Shown here in pieces: positions 1-7,368 of a stretch of DNA of 12,934 nucleotides. Below the pieces are notes generated by a model, which did no database searches, had not been told where the DNA came from, and saw only the letters and a list, made by a program, of their open reading frames with translations. The DNA is from Promethearchaeota archaeon (GTDB taxonomy: Archaea; Asgardarchaeota; Lokiarchaeia; Sigyniarchaeales; SOKP01): NCBI GenBank assembly GCA_048938005.1, contig JBHLMQ010000073.1:1-12934 (forward strand), in the 5' to 3' direction. Each line of letters opens with the position of its first letter. The first letter of the stretch is position 1. The translations under genes were made by a program, and so were the position numbers.

Positions 1-162
1 ATGTGAGTAGATAAGATATTAAGAATATTCTATTTACTATAGTAAATGATTAAATATTTTTCAACTTAAATGATAAAAATGTACTCACTTAGAAAAGCTA
101 CTCTTAATGATATAAACAAATTAATAGATTTTCGAGTTGAATTTTTAAGAAAAATTAAAGAA
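1..162 (+). repeat. Diverged direct repeat, copy 1 (upstream region plus 5' end of GNAT); copy 2 is at 5648-5809
   Basis: Ungapped alignment with offset 5647. Hand count: 56/78 identical upstream of the ATG and 72/84 in the coding part. The repeat may extend beyond the left window edge. Confidence 0.85.
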
Positions 163-213
163 TTTCAATTTTTTCTTATTCTTATTCTTTTTCTACAAAA
201 AATAAATTCATAA
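79..213 (+). pseudogene. Truncated remnant of the GNAT acetyltransferase gene (paralog of 5726-6193)
   Basis: Reads MYSLRKATLNDINKLIDFRVEFLRKIKE..., against MYSLRKANPNDIDKLIEFRVEFLKEVQE for the intact gene (hand count 20/28 aa, 72/84 nt). It then runs into T-rich sequence and stops at TAA 211-213 after 44 codons. Confidence 0.8.
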
Positions 214-278
214 AATTTAGCATAAAAAAACTAAATAAAAAAAAGAATAATTAATAATTATATTACTATTCTGTTGTT

Positions 279-668
279 TTAGCCTAGAAGTGCAAAAATA
301 TCTTTTAACGCCATCATTTTTCTTAGACCACGCAATTTTATTTTACCAGTGATCCACTTTTTTAATAAAGTACCCGTAGATAAACCTTCACTAAATAAAT
401 TTAAGAACATTTCTGCGGGTGCTTCAAATAAAGAATCAAATTCCAAGGATTTTAAAGATTCTTTATCATTTCTAACACCTTCTACATCTAACGTCCCATT
501 TTCAATTTTTAGCAAAGCAGCCCATTTTTGATCTTTAGGATTTAATAAAATATAAAGACGTGTATCTCCAAACTTTTCTTTAAACTCTGGATTGAAATTT
601 ATAGGCTCAACAAATTGCCATATCAATCCAGCAAGACCTCTTTTTACTTTTACTTTTTTAATTGACAT
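279..668 (-). CDS. SCP2 (sterol carrier protein-2)-like lipid-binding domain protein
   Basis: 129 aa. The C-terminal WITGKIKLRG resembles the SCP2 'F/M-x-GKLKxxG' signature and is preceded by KIENG-type beta strands. Family assigned by eye. Confidence 0.65.
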   Translation of the reverse strand: MSIKKVKVKRGLAGLIWQFVEPINFNPEFKEKFGDTRLYILLNPKDQKWAALLKIENGTLDVEGVRNDKESLKSLEFDSLFEAPAEMFLNLFSEGLSTGTLLKKWITGKIKLRGLRKMMALKDIFALLG

Positions 669-773
669 TCAAGATCATTTGGTTTATATTTTTGATTATT
701 TATTTTATACTTCATTTCGTATTTTATTTCTTTATTATTTATCCTATTCTTGTTTTATTATATGGATTATAAT

Positions 774-2576
774 TTAAGGTATTTGTAATGCATGAGAAAA
801 TTCATGAGTAAATCTTGGATGGATAGTTAATTCAATGTATTTAACTCGATTGGCGATACTCTCAGCAATGGATCGTTGCTCCTTTGATAATAATGCAAGT
901 TTCGCTCCTGTTCCAGCAGCATTTCCCACTTGTACAAAGCGATTCAAAGGAATAGAAGGAAACAGGCCAATTTTAATAGCACTCTCCACATTTATGTAAG
1001 TACCAAAAGCTCCAGCGACTATGATTTTATCTATTTTCTCCTTACTAATACCACATTCATTAAGTAAAATGTTAATCCCAGTACGTATCGCGGCTTTAGC
1101 TAGCTGTATTTCACTTATATCGTGTTGATAAATGATTATATCTTGTTCGATTCCCGTATTATGCTTTGGAACCAAAAGAAATTCTCGAATATTTTTGGTT
1201 TGACGAACTAAATCGTGATTTTGTAATCTTCCACGCGAATCTATTATTTTTTGTTGACGTAATTGGCTAATTGCATCTAAAATACCAGATCCACATATAC
1301 CAATTGGAGCAACATCTCCAATAACTTTTAAAGCAACTTTATTATTTCTGATTTTTACTTTTTCGATTGCACCATTACTTGCTCTCATACCATGTTTGAT
1401 TCCGGCACCCTCAAAAGCAGGGCCAGAAGCACAAGAAAGACTGGTGATATCCCCTTTCACCGATAATGCCACTTCTGTATTAGTACCAATATCAATACCG
1501 ATAACATTTTTATTCGTTTTATAAATTTCTGTAGCAAGAAGCATAGCTACATGATCTGAACCTATAAAACCAGCTATATTTGGTAAAAAATGAATATATG
1601 CACCTTTAGCAACATTAAGCCCGAGATCACGGGCTTTTACATCTAAAGAATGACTAATAGCGGGTATATAAGGAGCTTGCCCTAATTGTTTTACAGGTAA
1701 ACCAATAAAAAGGTGATGCATTGCCGTGTTGCCAACTATAGTTACATCTACAACTTTTTCTATACTATCGGTTAATTCTTGAATTAATTTATTAAGAATA
1801 TTTAGAAGACATTTCCTCAATTGCTCATTCCCATTTTCCATGGCATAACTTATACGACTCATTACGTCCTCACCAAAAAAAATCTGGGGATTCGTTGCTC
1901 CTTTAATACCTATATTTTTTCCAGAATACAAATCCACTAAATAAACAGCCAGCTTAGTGGTACCAATATCAATTGCGATCCCATATAAGTCTTGATCTGG
2001 CTCATTAATCCCAATAACTTCATCATTTCGAATTAAAACTGAAATCTCCCTATTTAATTTGCGCAACCTAGATGATAGATTTTGTAAAAATGAAATATCT
2101 GGTATTAGATTCTTTAATCCATATTTATCGTCTAGCGATTTATATATATTTTCCCAATCAGATAATGGATTTTCCAAAGAAGGCTCTTGTAATTTTAACT
2201 TATATTTATTGATTATAGGGTTCAAAATTAAATGTGGTTCTTTTCCTAATAATTCTAATCGTTGGACAGCTGTCAGTGATATAAGGGGAATTTCGACCTT
2301 TATATCACTTAATACGCGCATAGTACATGCTAATCGATATTTGGATTTAATTTCTTCCTCACTTAAAAGATTTTTTTCATTTTTATTAATTGAGGATACA
2401 TTTCCATCAACGATACGTATTTTGCAACGACCACAAATTGCTTTTCCACCACAAAATGAAGCTATGGGAATCCCCACTTTTTCTGCAGCCTCGAAAATAG
2501 TTTTTCCTTTTATACAGGGAATATTAAGTCCAATTGGTTCAAAATAAATATTATAACTCATATATTCATCCTCCAT
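774..2576 (-). CDS. ATP-dependent reductive activator of corrinoid proteins (RACo/RACE, ASKHA ATPase with N-terminal [2Fe-2S] ferredoxin domain)
   Basis: N-terminal CGGKAICGRC...RLAC [2Fe-2S] motif. ASKHA motifs AIDIGTT, GEDVMSRI, GNTAMHHLF, DIGTNTE, SGPAFEG, GICGSG, QLAKAAI and AGAFG. The ATG abuts the upstream stop (TAAATG). Confidence 0.93.
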   Translation of the reverse strand: MEDEYMSYNIYFEPIGLNIPCIKGKTIFEAAEKVGIPIASFCGGKAICGRCKIRIVDGNVSSINKNEKNLLSEEEIKSKYRLACTMRVLSDIKVEIPLISLTAVQRLELLGKEPHLILNPIINKYKLKLQEPSLENPLSDWENIYKSLDDKYGLKNLIPDISFLQNLSSRLRKLNREISVLIRNDEVIGINEPDQDLYGIAIDIGTTKLAVYLVDLYSGKNIGIKGATNPQIFFGEDVMSRISYAMENGNEQLRKCLLNILNKLIQELTDSIEKVVDVTIVGNTAMHHLFIGLPVKQLGQAPYIPAISHSLDVKARDLGLNVAKGAYIHFLPNIAGFIGSDHVAMLLATEIYKTNKNVIGIDIGTNTEVALSVKGDITSLSCASGPAFEGAGIKHGMRASNGAIEKVKIRNNKVALKVIGDVAPIGICGSGILDAISQLRQQKIIDSRGRLQNHDLVRQTKNIREFLLVPKHNTGIEQDIIIYQHDISEIQLAKAAIRTGINILLNECGISKEKIDKIIVAGAFGTYINVESAIKIGLFPSIPLNRFVQVGNAAGTGAKLALLSKEQRSIAESIANRVKYIELTIHPRFTHEFSHALQIP

Positions 2577-3479
2577 TTAGAATATTTTGAAAATTGGATG
2601 GGTATTTGTTATTGGCCTTAATCCCCTCATTCGGTTTCCATAAGCAATGAGTCCATCAATTGTTGCCATTGCTGGATATACCCAACTTGCGTTTTTTATG
2701 GGACCATAGAGGCAAAAATCCGCTCCTAATAACCGTGTTATAGATATTACTGACGATGCCGCTGCTTGAAATGATGCCTTTCCCAATTGTTTCATTTTCT
2801 CCCAGGTATAGAGCGCATTAGCAGGAGCGCACCCTGTTGGATACCCGAATTTTTCTTTTATTTCACGAATGGCTAAAGATACCCAACTTACACTGGCGAC
2901 ATCCATCACTCCGGTGTCGATAAATATGTTTTCAATATCCGCTAATTTAGCAGCTCGTATCAAATTTTTTTCTAATAATTCTATTTTTCTTTCGGGTTTC
3001 ATCGCCTTCATACTAAAAGCAAGTAAAATAGCACTTTTTACTCCACACTCTTTTAAACAATTCAATTCTTTATCAGTGTGATCAACTCCGATACTGTTAT
3101 ATATCAATCGTGGAATTAATTCAGTACCGGCAAAATATTTTATTGTTTCAATCCTTACCTTCTGAGAAGAAGAATCAACAATTATTGGTGCAGAAGTTTG
3201 TGATGCTACGAATTCAATATATCTAATGAGAGCTTCTGCTGTTTCTCCAATTACATCAATAAATCTTGAGTTTCCCGTAAATTTCGCTATTTTTTCTTCA
3301 TTTTTCAATAAAATTTTTGCTTTTTCTTTGTCAAAAATCCCTTTTAATGGATCTTGAACAATTTTATCTCCTGCGAAAAATAAACTACCGATGAGTACTG
3401 TAGGTCGTTCCCATGGTTGTCCTCCAATCTCAACTCCTGCTATATTGTAAATTTTCTGATCTTTCAAAAATCTCAGCAT
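2577..3479 (-). CDS. mtrH: MtrH-family methylcorrinoid:tetrahydropterin (H4MPT/THF) methyltransferase (stand-alone, MtgA/MtoA-like)
   Basis: MtrH-typical N-terminus (IAGVEIGGQPWERPTVLIGSLFF), plus IYNSI, FIDTG, GYPTGCAPAN and GADFCLYGPI. AAGGTG RBS-like sequence upstream. No other mtr subunits are present. Confidence 0.9.
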   Translation of the reverse strand: MLRFLKDQKIYNIAGVEIGGQPWERPTVLIGSLFFAGDKIVQDPLKGIFDKEKAKILLKNEEKIAKFTGNSRFIDVIGETAEALIRYIEFVASQTSAPIIVDSSSQKVRIETIKYFAGTELIPRLIYNSIGVDHTDKELNCLKECGVKSAILLAFSMKAMKPERKIELLEKNLIRAAKLADIENIFIDTGVMDVASVSWVSLAIREIKEKFGYPTGCAPANALYTWEKMKQLGKASFQAAASSVISITRLLGADFCLYGPIKNASWVYPAMATIDGLIAYGNRMRGLRPITNTHPIFKIF

Positions 3480-3534
3480 TCTTGAGCACCTTAAAATAAT
3501 CCCTTGCTTCTAATAACGGAATACTAAAATTTGA

Positions 3535-4734
3535 TTATACAGGTATTTCTTTAGCTGTTTTTTCTTTCCATTCCTTAAATGTTTCGCGTTTAGGTAATTT
3601 GAATTCGACATCATCAAGATTATCAGATATTGGAAAGCGACCGTATGTATGTGTAGCAGCAATTGCAGCATGTATATGGTCAGGTGGGGCATCAGCAGGT
3701 ATATTTGCTAGAAAAATTGTCAAATTATGATCTCTGGCAAATGTATCAATGAATCTTTTAATATTGTCCACAATTTTTTCCACAGGTCCATCTCGTAGCA
3801 AACGACCATTAATTCCAGCTGCGATTGTGGGTTTGACACCTTTTTCTCGAAATTTTACAGTATAGTCTCTAACAGGTTCAAGTGGATATTCATGCCATCG
3901 TCCCATACCTAGAAATAGAGAAGGAATATCTCCTTGACTTGCTATTTCTATGTCAAATGAGTCATGAAGTATCTTAGTATCAAACTTTTCCAACCGTTCT
4001 TCACAGTAATCACCACTAATATTCATAGCCATTACTCCAAATTTTTTAGCTTTTTCGTTTATACGATTATTATAAGGCACAACCCACTCTTGCATGTCCT
4101 TAATAGATAGATTTGGAATACAAGCCCAGGCATCAGCACCTATAGCCATCATAATACCACAATAATCGTTTTGGGCTTTAAGATAAGGTTCTAATACATC
4201 ATCAACAATGAATGTATATATTTCATGGGCGAATTCAGGTTGCTTTCTCATGAATTTTATTAATCTTGGATATGAACACAGTCCTACAGCCATACTAAAC
4301 GGAGAACAGAATATTCCTTGAACTGTTCCATATTCCATATTTAAATTAATGCTTTCTAATGCATAAGGTAGCCTCCCATCTTTATACCAGTCAACTTCCT
4401 TTTTCTTAAGTTTGGATAAATCTTCAGGTTTTTTAATGAGGGTGTCACGAAAATCTATTGTTGGCATTGATTTTTCACCGTAAACCATTTTACCACCTAA
4501 AGCTTCTATCTCAAAATTATAAGCATCAGCAAAAGCAGCACATGTATCCATATTATAATAATTTGCTACATCGACCGATGTCTCAATCAAACAATTAGCA
4601 TCGTAATAAAATTTTTTAGCTGGGACACCAGCCACTGTCATGGAATGGTCATGCATCTGAGCAGCGATTTGAATCCAAGGTTTTTCCCCGCTTATAAGAA
4701 AACCAGCTAATCCTTCTATTTTTTCATCGGGCAA
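3535..4734 (-). CDS. Uroporphyrinogen-decarboxylase/MtaA/CmuA-fold corrinoid-dependent methyltransferase (probable substrate-specific MT1)
   Basis: 399 aa with YNFEIEALG, GRLPY, SPFSMA, LLRDGPVEKI and IPADAPPDHIHAAI, typical of the URO-D-like TIM barrel. TTG start with GGAGGTGG RBS (4741-4748) inside the end of the upstream gene. Sits in a corrinoid operon. Confidence 0.82.
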   Translation of the reverse strand: MPDEKIEGLAGFLISGEKPWIQIAAQMHDHSMTVAGVPAKKFYYDANCLIETSVDVANYYNMDTCAAFADAYNFEIEALGGKMVYGEKSMPTIDFRDTLIKKPEDLSKLKKKEVDWYKDGRLPYALESINLNMEYGTVQGIFCSPFSMAVGLCSYPRLIKFMRKQPEFAHEIYTFIVDDVLEPYLKAQNDYCGIMMAIGADAWACIPNLSIKDMQEWVVPYNNRINEKAKKFGVMAMNISGDYCEERLEKFDTKILHDSFDIEIASQGDIPSLFLGMGRWHEYPLEPVRDYTVKFREKGVKPTIAAGINGRLLRDGPVEKIVDNIKRFIDTFARDHNLTIFLANIPADAPPDHIHAAIAATHTYGRFPISDNLDDVEFKLPKRETFKEWKEKTAKEIPV

Positions 4735-4735
4735 T

Positions 4736-5395
4736 TTAGGCCACCTCCAAGGGTTTTTCTATAATTTTTTTAGCTTTTTCTACTGCATCAAATGCATCTT
4801 TCCCCCATGCATCAGCTCCTATTTCATCAGCAAATTCTTGAGTACAGGGGACTCCACCAATCATGACTTTAACATCGTTACGAATTCCATTTTCTTGAAG
4901 AGATTTGAGAATTTCTTTCATTTCCAACATAGTGGTTGTCATATAACAGCCAAGTCCTAAAATGTCGGGATTATATTCTTTTACTTTTTCTAAAAAGGTC
5001 GCTACTGGTATATCTTCTCCAATATCTATAACTTCAAATCCACCACTTCTCAACATAGCTTTAACCATTAATTTACCTAAAGTATGCATATCCCCTGCAA
5101 CTGTACCAATCACAACTCTTCCTGATCCTTTAAATTCCTGGGGTGATAATTTTGGTTCAATAACTTCCATTGCCATTCTAAATGCTTCTGCGCTCATCAC
5201 TATATCCGGTTGGAAATATTCATTCCGTTTCCATAATTCTCCAGCTTCTTGAATCCCAGGGACAATACCTTCCTTCATTATATTGATTGGTGCTTCACCA
5301 TTATCGAGAGCTTTCTGGGCCAATTCAAAAGCTAAATCATCATCACCTTTTAATACAGCTTCTTTTAAATCCTTTAAAATATTTGAATTAGTCAT
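4736..5395 (-). CDS. Methyltransferase cognate corrinoid (B12-binding) protein, MttC/MtbC/MtoC family
   Basis: N-terminal four-helix cap. B12-binding motif GTVAGDMHTLGK (DxHxxG), plus GLGCYMTTT and VMIGG...FADEIGADAW. AAGGAGG RBS upstream. Confidence 0.95.
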   Translation of the reverse strand: MTNSNILKDLKEAVLKGDDDLAFELAQKALDNGEAPINIMKEGIVPGIQEAGELWKRNEYFQPDIVMSAEAFRMAMEVIEPKLSPQEFKGSGRVVIGTVAGDMHTLGKLMVKAMLRSGGFEVIDIGEDIPVATFLEKVKEYNPDILGLGCYMTTTMLEMKEILKSLQENGIRNDVKVMIGGVPCTQEFADEIGADAWGKDAFDAVEKAKKIIEKPLEVA

Positions 5396-5402
5396 AATAT
5401 AA

Positions 5403-5409
5403 CCTCCTT
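5403..5409 (-). promoter_or_regulatory. Shine-Dalgarno site for the corrinoid protein gene
   Basis: cctcctt on the + strand reads AAGGAGG on the - strand, 7 nt before the ATG at 5395. Confidence 0.75.
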
Positions 5410-5647
5410 GTTATGTAATTTTTTTTTAAAGAAAAAAAATTTTTAGAACAATGAAAATTTTGATACTTACCTTTAAATAATTTTACTTTTAAAGAATTTT
5501 TTGTAGTTGAAAATAATCAAAGGTAAAGAGACTTTTTGGCGAAATATTGAAAGAAACTGAAGGTTAAATCTAAATTTTTATTATTTCTTTTTTTTTCTAA
5601 TCTCAACATTCATTAAAATAGTTCTATTTGGGGGTTAGGTAGTCCCA

Positions 5648-5809
5648 ATGTGATTAGAATAATTATTAGAAATATTATAAAAACTAATGTTAAGGATTAA
5701 ATATTTCTTAAATTAAGTTATAATTATGTACTCACTAAGGAAAGCTAATCCTAATGATATAGATAAATTAATAGAGTTTCGTGTTGAATTTTTAAAAGAA
5801 GTTCAAGAA
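5648..5809 (+). repeat. Diverged direct repeat, copy 2 (copy 1 at 1-162)
   Basis: Colinear ungapped match to 1-162, including the shared GATTAAATATTT block and ATGTACTCACT start. Confidence 0.85.
5695..5706 (+). promoter_or_regulatory. Probable archaeal TATA box of a leaderless GNAT transcript
   Basis: TTAAATA at 5697-5703 lies 23-29 nt upstream of ATG 5726, with no SD. The 12-mer GATTAAATATTT is perfectly conserved in the repeat copy (48-59) while the flanks diverge. Confidence 0.5.
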
Positions 5810-6193
5810 TCTCCATCTGATAGAGAAATTGAGAAATTCAGAAAAATTTTAAATGAATTTTTTTTAGATAAAATGAAATCTAATGAATTTATCGCTTGGT
5901 TAGCAGAATCTGATAAAGAAGTCATCGCTACAAGCGGATTATCTTTTCTACAGAAACCACCTCATTTTATCAATATGACTGGAAAATTTGCCTATATTAT
6001 GAATATGTATACTAAACCTAAATGGCGTAGAAAAGGAATTGGGGCAGCATTACTTGAAAAATTATTTGAAGAAATAAAGAAAAAAGGGATACAATCAGTA
6101 GTTCTACATACGACTCCAGGTGGAAGATCTCTATATGAGAAATATGGTTTTAGAGAAAATGATGGCGATAAAGAAATGATATTAAAATTATAA
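5726..6193 (+). CDS. GNAT family N-acetyltransferase
   Basis: Acetyl-CoA motif A (MYTKPKWRRKGIGAALL) and motif B (GRSLYEKYGF). 155 aa. Confidence 0.93.
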   Translation: MYSLRKANPNDIDKLIEFRVEFLKEVQESPSDREIEKFRKILNEFFLDKMKSNEFIAWLAESDKEVIATSGLSFLQKPPHFINMTGKFAYIMNMYTKPKWRRKGIGAALLEKLFEEIKKKGIQSVVLHTTPGGRSLYEKYGFRENDGDKEMILKL

Positions 6194-6316
6194 ATAAAAG
6201 ATCTACATTTCGGATAATTTTTTTATTAAACTTAAAGAGAATTTTTTTATCTATTATTACATTAAGAAAATCTGTAATTTTAAAATATACAGATTAGTCT
6301 GATAATCAAAAGGGGA

Positions 6317-7102
6317 TTGATAATGGCTAAACATAAAGGAAGGAGAATGGAGGCTTTTTTCGGATTATTTGGAGCAATGTTTCTTATTATTATATTACCT
6401 TTAACAGCATATCTCACCCCTGGCTATACTCCATTGGAGCAGATGATAAGTAGCCTGGGGTACGGTAGAGCAAAATCTTTATTCAGTATTGGTTTTGTAG
6501 TTTCTGGTTCACTGTTAATCCCTTTTTATATTTATTTAGAAAGAGAACTAATAAATATAAAAGAAGTAGTTAGAAGAATTGCTACAGGAATTGCAATCAT
6601 TACTAACGTAGGTATCGCTTTAGTGGGTATAATACCTGATGAAACTATTATTGATGCTTTTAAGATATTTCATGGTATAGTCGCAGTAGTTAGTTTTACA
6701 GGATCATCAGTTTATATTGTACTGTATAGTGTATTAATGTATCAAGGTCCTAAATCTAAATTGTATAGAGGGCCAATTTTTAAAAGAATTTTAGCTTATT
6801 TTGGATTTTTATTAGGAATTTTAATGGTAATATATCTATTTGCACAGGTTCCTTTATTTGAATGGATTCTAACCATCCTTATGCTAATCTGGGTTCTAAA
6901 TGCAGCGATACAATCAATTTCTTTTAAATTTTTTAACATACCTGGAATGTATTATAAACGTTCTCAATTTCCTGAGGCTTTAGAACGATTTGAAAAAGCA
7001 TTTCAAGTTTTAGATAATCTTGGAATGAAAAATGATCCTATAGCAGAGACACTTCAAAAAAACATTGATTATATTAAGACTCAAATAGAAAAAAGTCAAT
7101 GA
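6317..7102 (+). CDS. DUF998-like multi-pass membrane protein with C-terminal TPR-like helical tail (start TTG 6317 or ATG 6323)
   Basis: About 6 hydrophobic segments. PGYTPLEQMISSLG and FHGIVAVVSF resemble DUF998 motifs. The soluble tail GMYYKRSQFPEALERFEKAFQV is TPR-like. Confidence 0.7.
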   Translation: MIMAKHKGRRMEAFFGLFGAMFLIIILPLTAYLTPGYTPLEQMISSLGYGRAKSLFSIGFVVSGSLLIPFYIYLERELINIKEVVRRIATGIAIITNVGIALVGIIPDETIIDAFKIFHGIVAVVSFTGSSVYIVLYSVLMYQGPKSKLYRGPIFKRILAYFGFLLGILMVIYLFAQVPLFEWILTILMLIWVLNAAIQSISFKFFNIPGMYYKRSQFPEALERFEKAFQVLDNLGMKNDPIAETLQKNIDYIKTQIEKSQ

Positions 7103-7368
7103 AATACAGCCATAATTAAAGTTGCATCTCTATTCAAAGAATACTTATCATTAAAGATATAGATCAAATCTGAGAATAAAATTTAATAAATTAATCATTA
7201 TTAGACTATCAGATTTAATGAGAGCAATATGAAATTCTATAATAATTTAATTTTAATAATATAGATTATTTACTTTATCATCAAATATTACTAAGAATCT
7301 CTTAGTATAAAGCATAAGAAATTAGATCTTTAAAAATTAGGAGGTTAGGCCTAACAAAGGTGGTTGAA

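Noticed and set aside
349-5252. Shadow ORFs 349-531, 592-777, 2059-2547, 2869-3081, 3510-3692 and 4962-5252
   Set aside because: Antisense or out-of-frame overlaps of well-supported genes, with no recognisable motifs.
774-5395. Pyrrolysine (in-frame TAG) methylamine methyltransferase
   Set aside because: All four ORFs are uninterrupted and end in TAA. No MttB/MtbB/MtmB-type gene is seen.
5417-5441. Inverted repeat AATTTTTTTT-taaag-AAAAAAAATT upstream of the corrinoid operon; also considered a cobalamin riboswitch in this spacer
   Set aside because: Homopolymer A/T pairing is expected by chance. The spacer is too AT-rich and lacks recognisable B12-box motifs.
7100-7102. TGA ending the first DUF998-like gene as another Sec, or general UGA reassignment
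   Set aside because: No Cys motif context, an in-frame TAA follows within a few codons, and Trp is encoded by TGG in these genes. It is an ordinary stop.
7218-7270. 5' SECIS candidate upstream of hdrA (ATGA followed by TCTATA/TATAGA stem)
   Set aside because: No 3' GA in register with the AUGA and weak AT-rich pairing.
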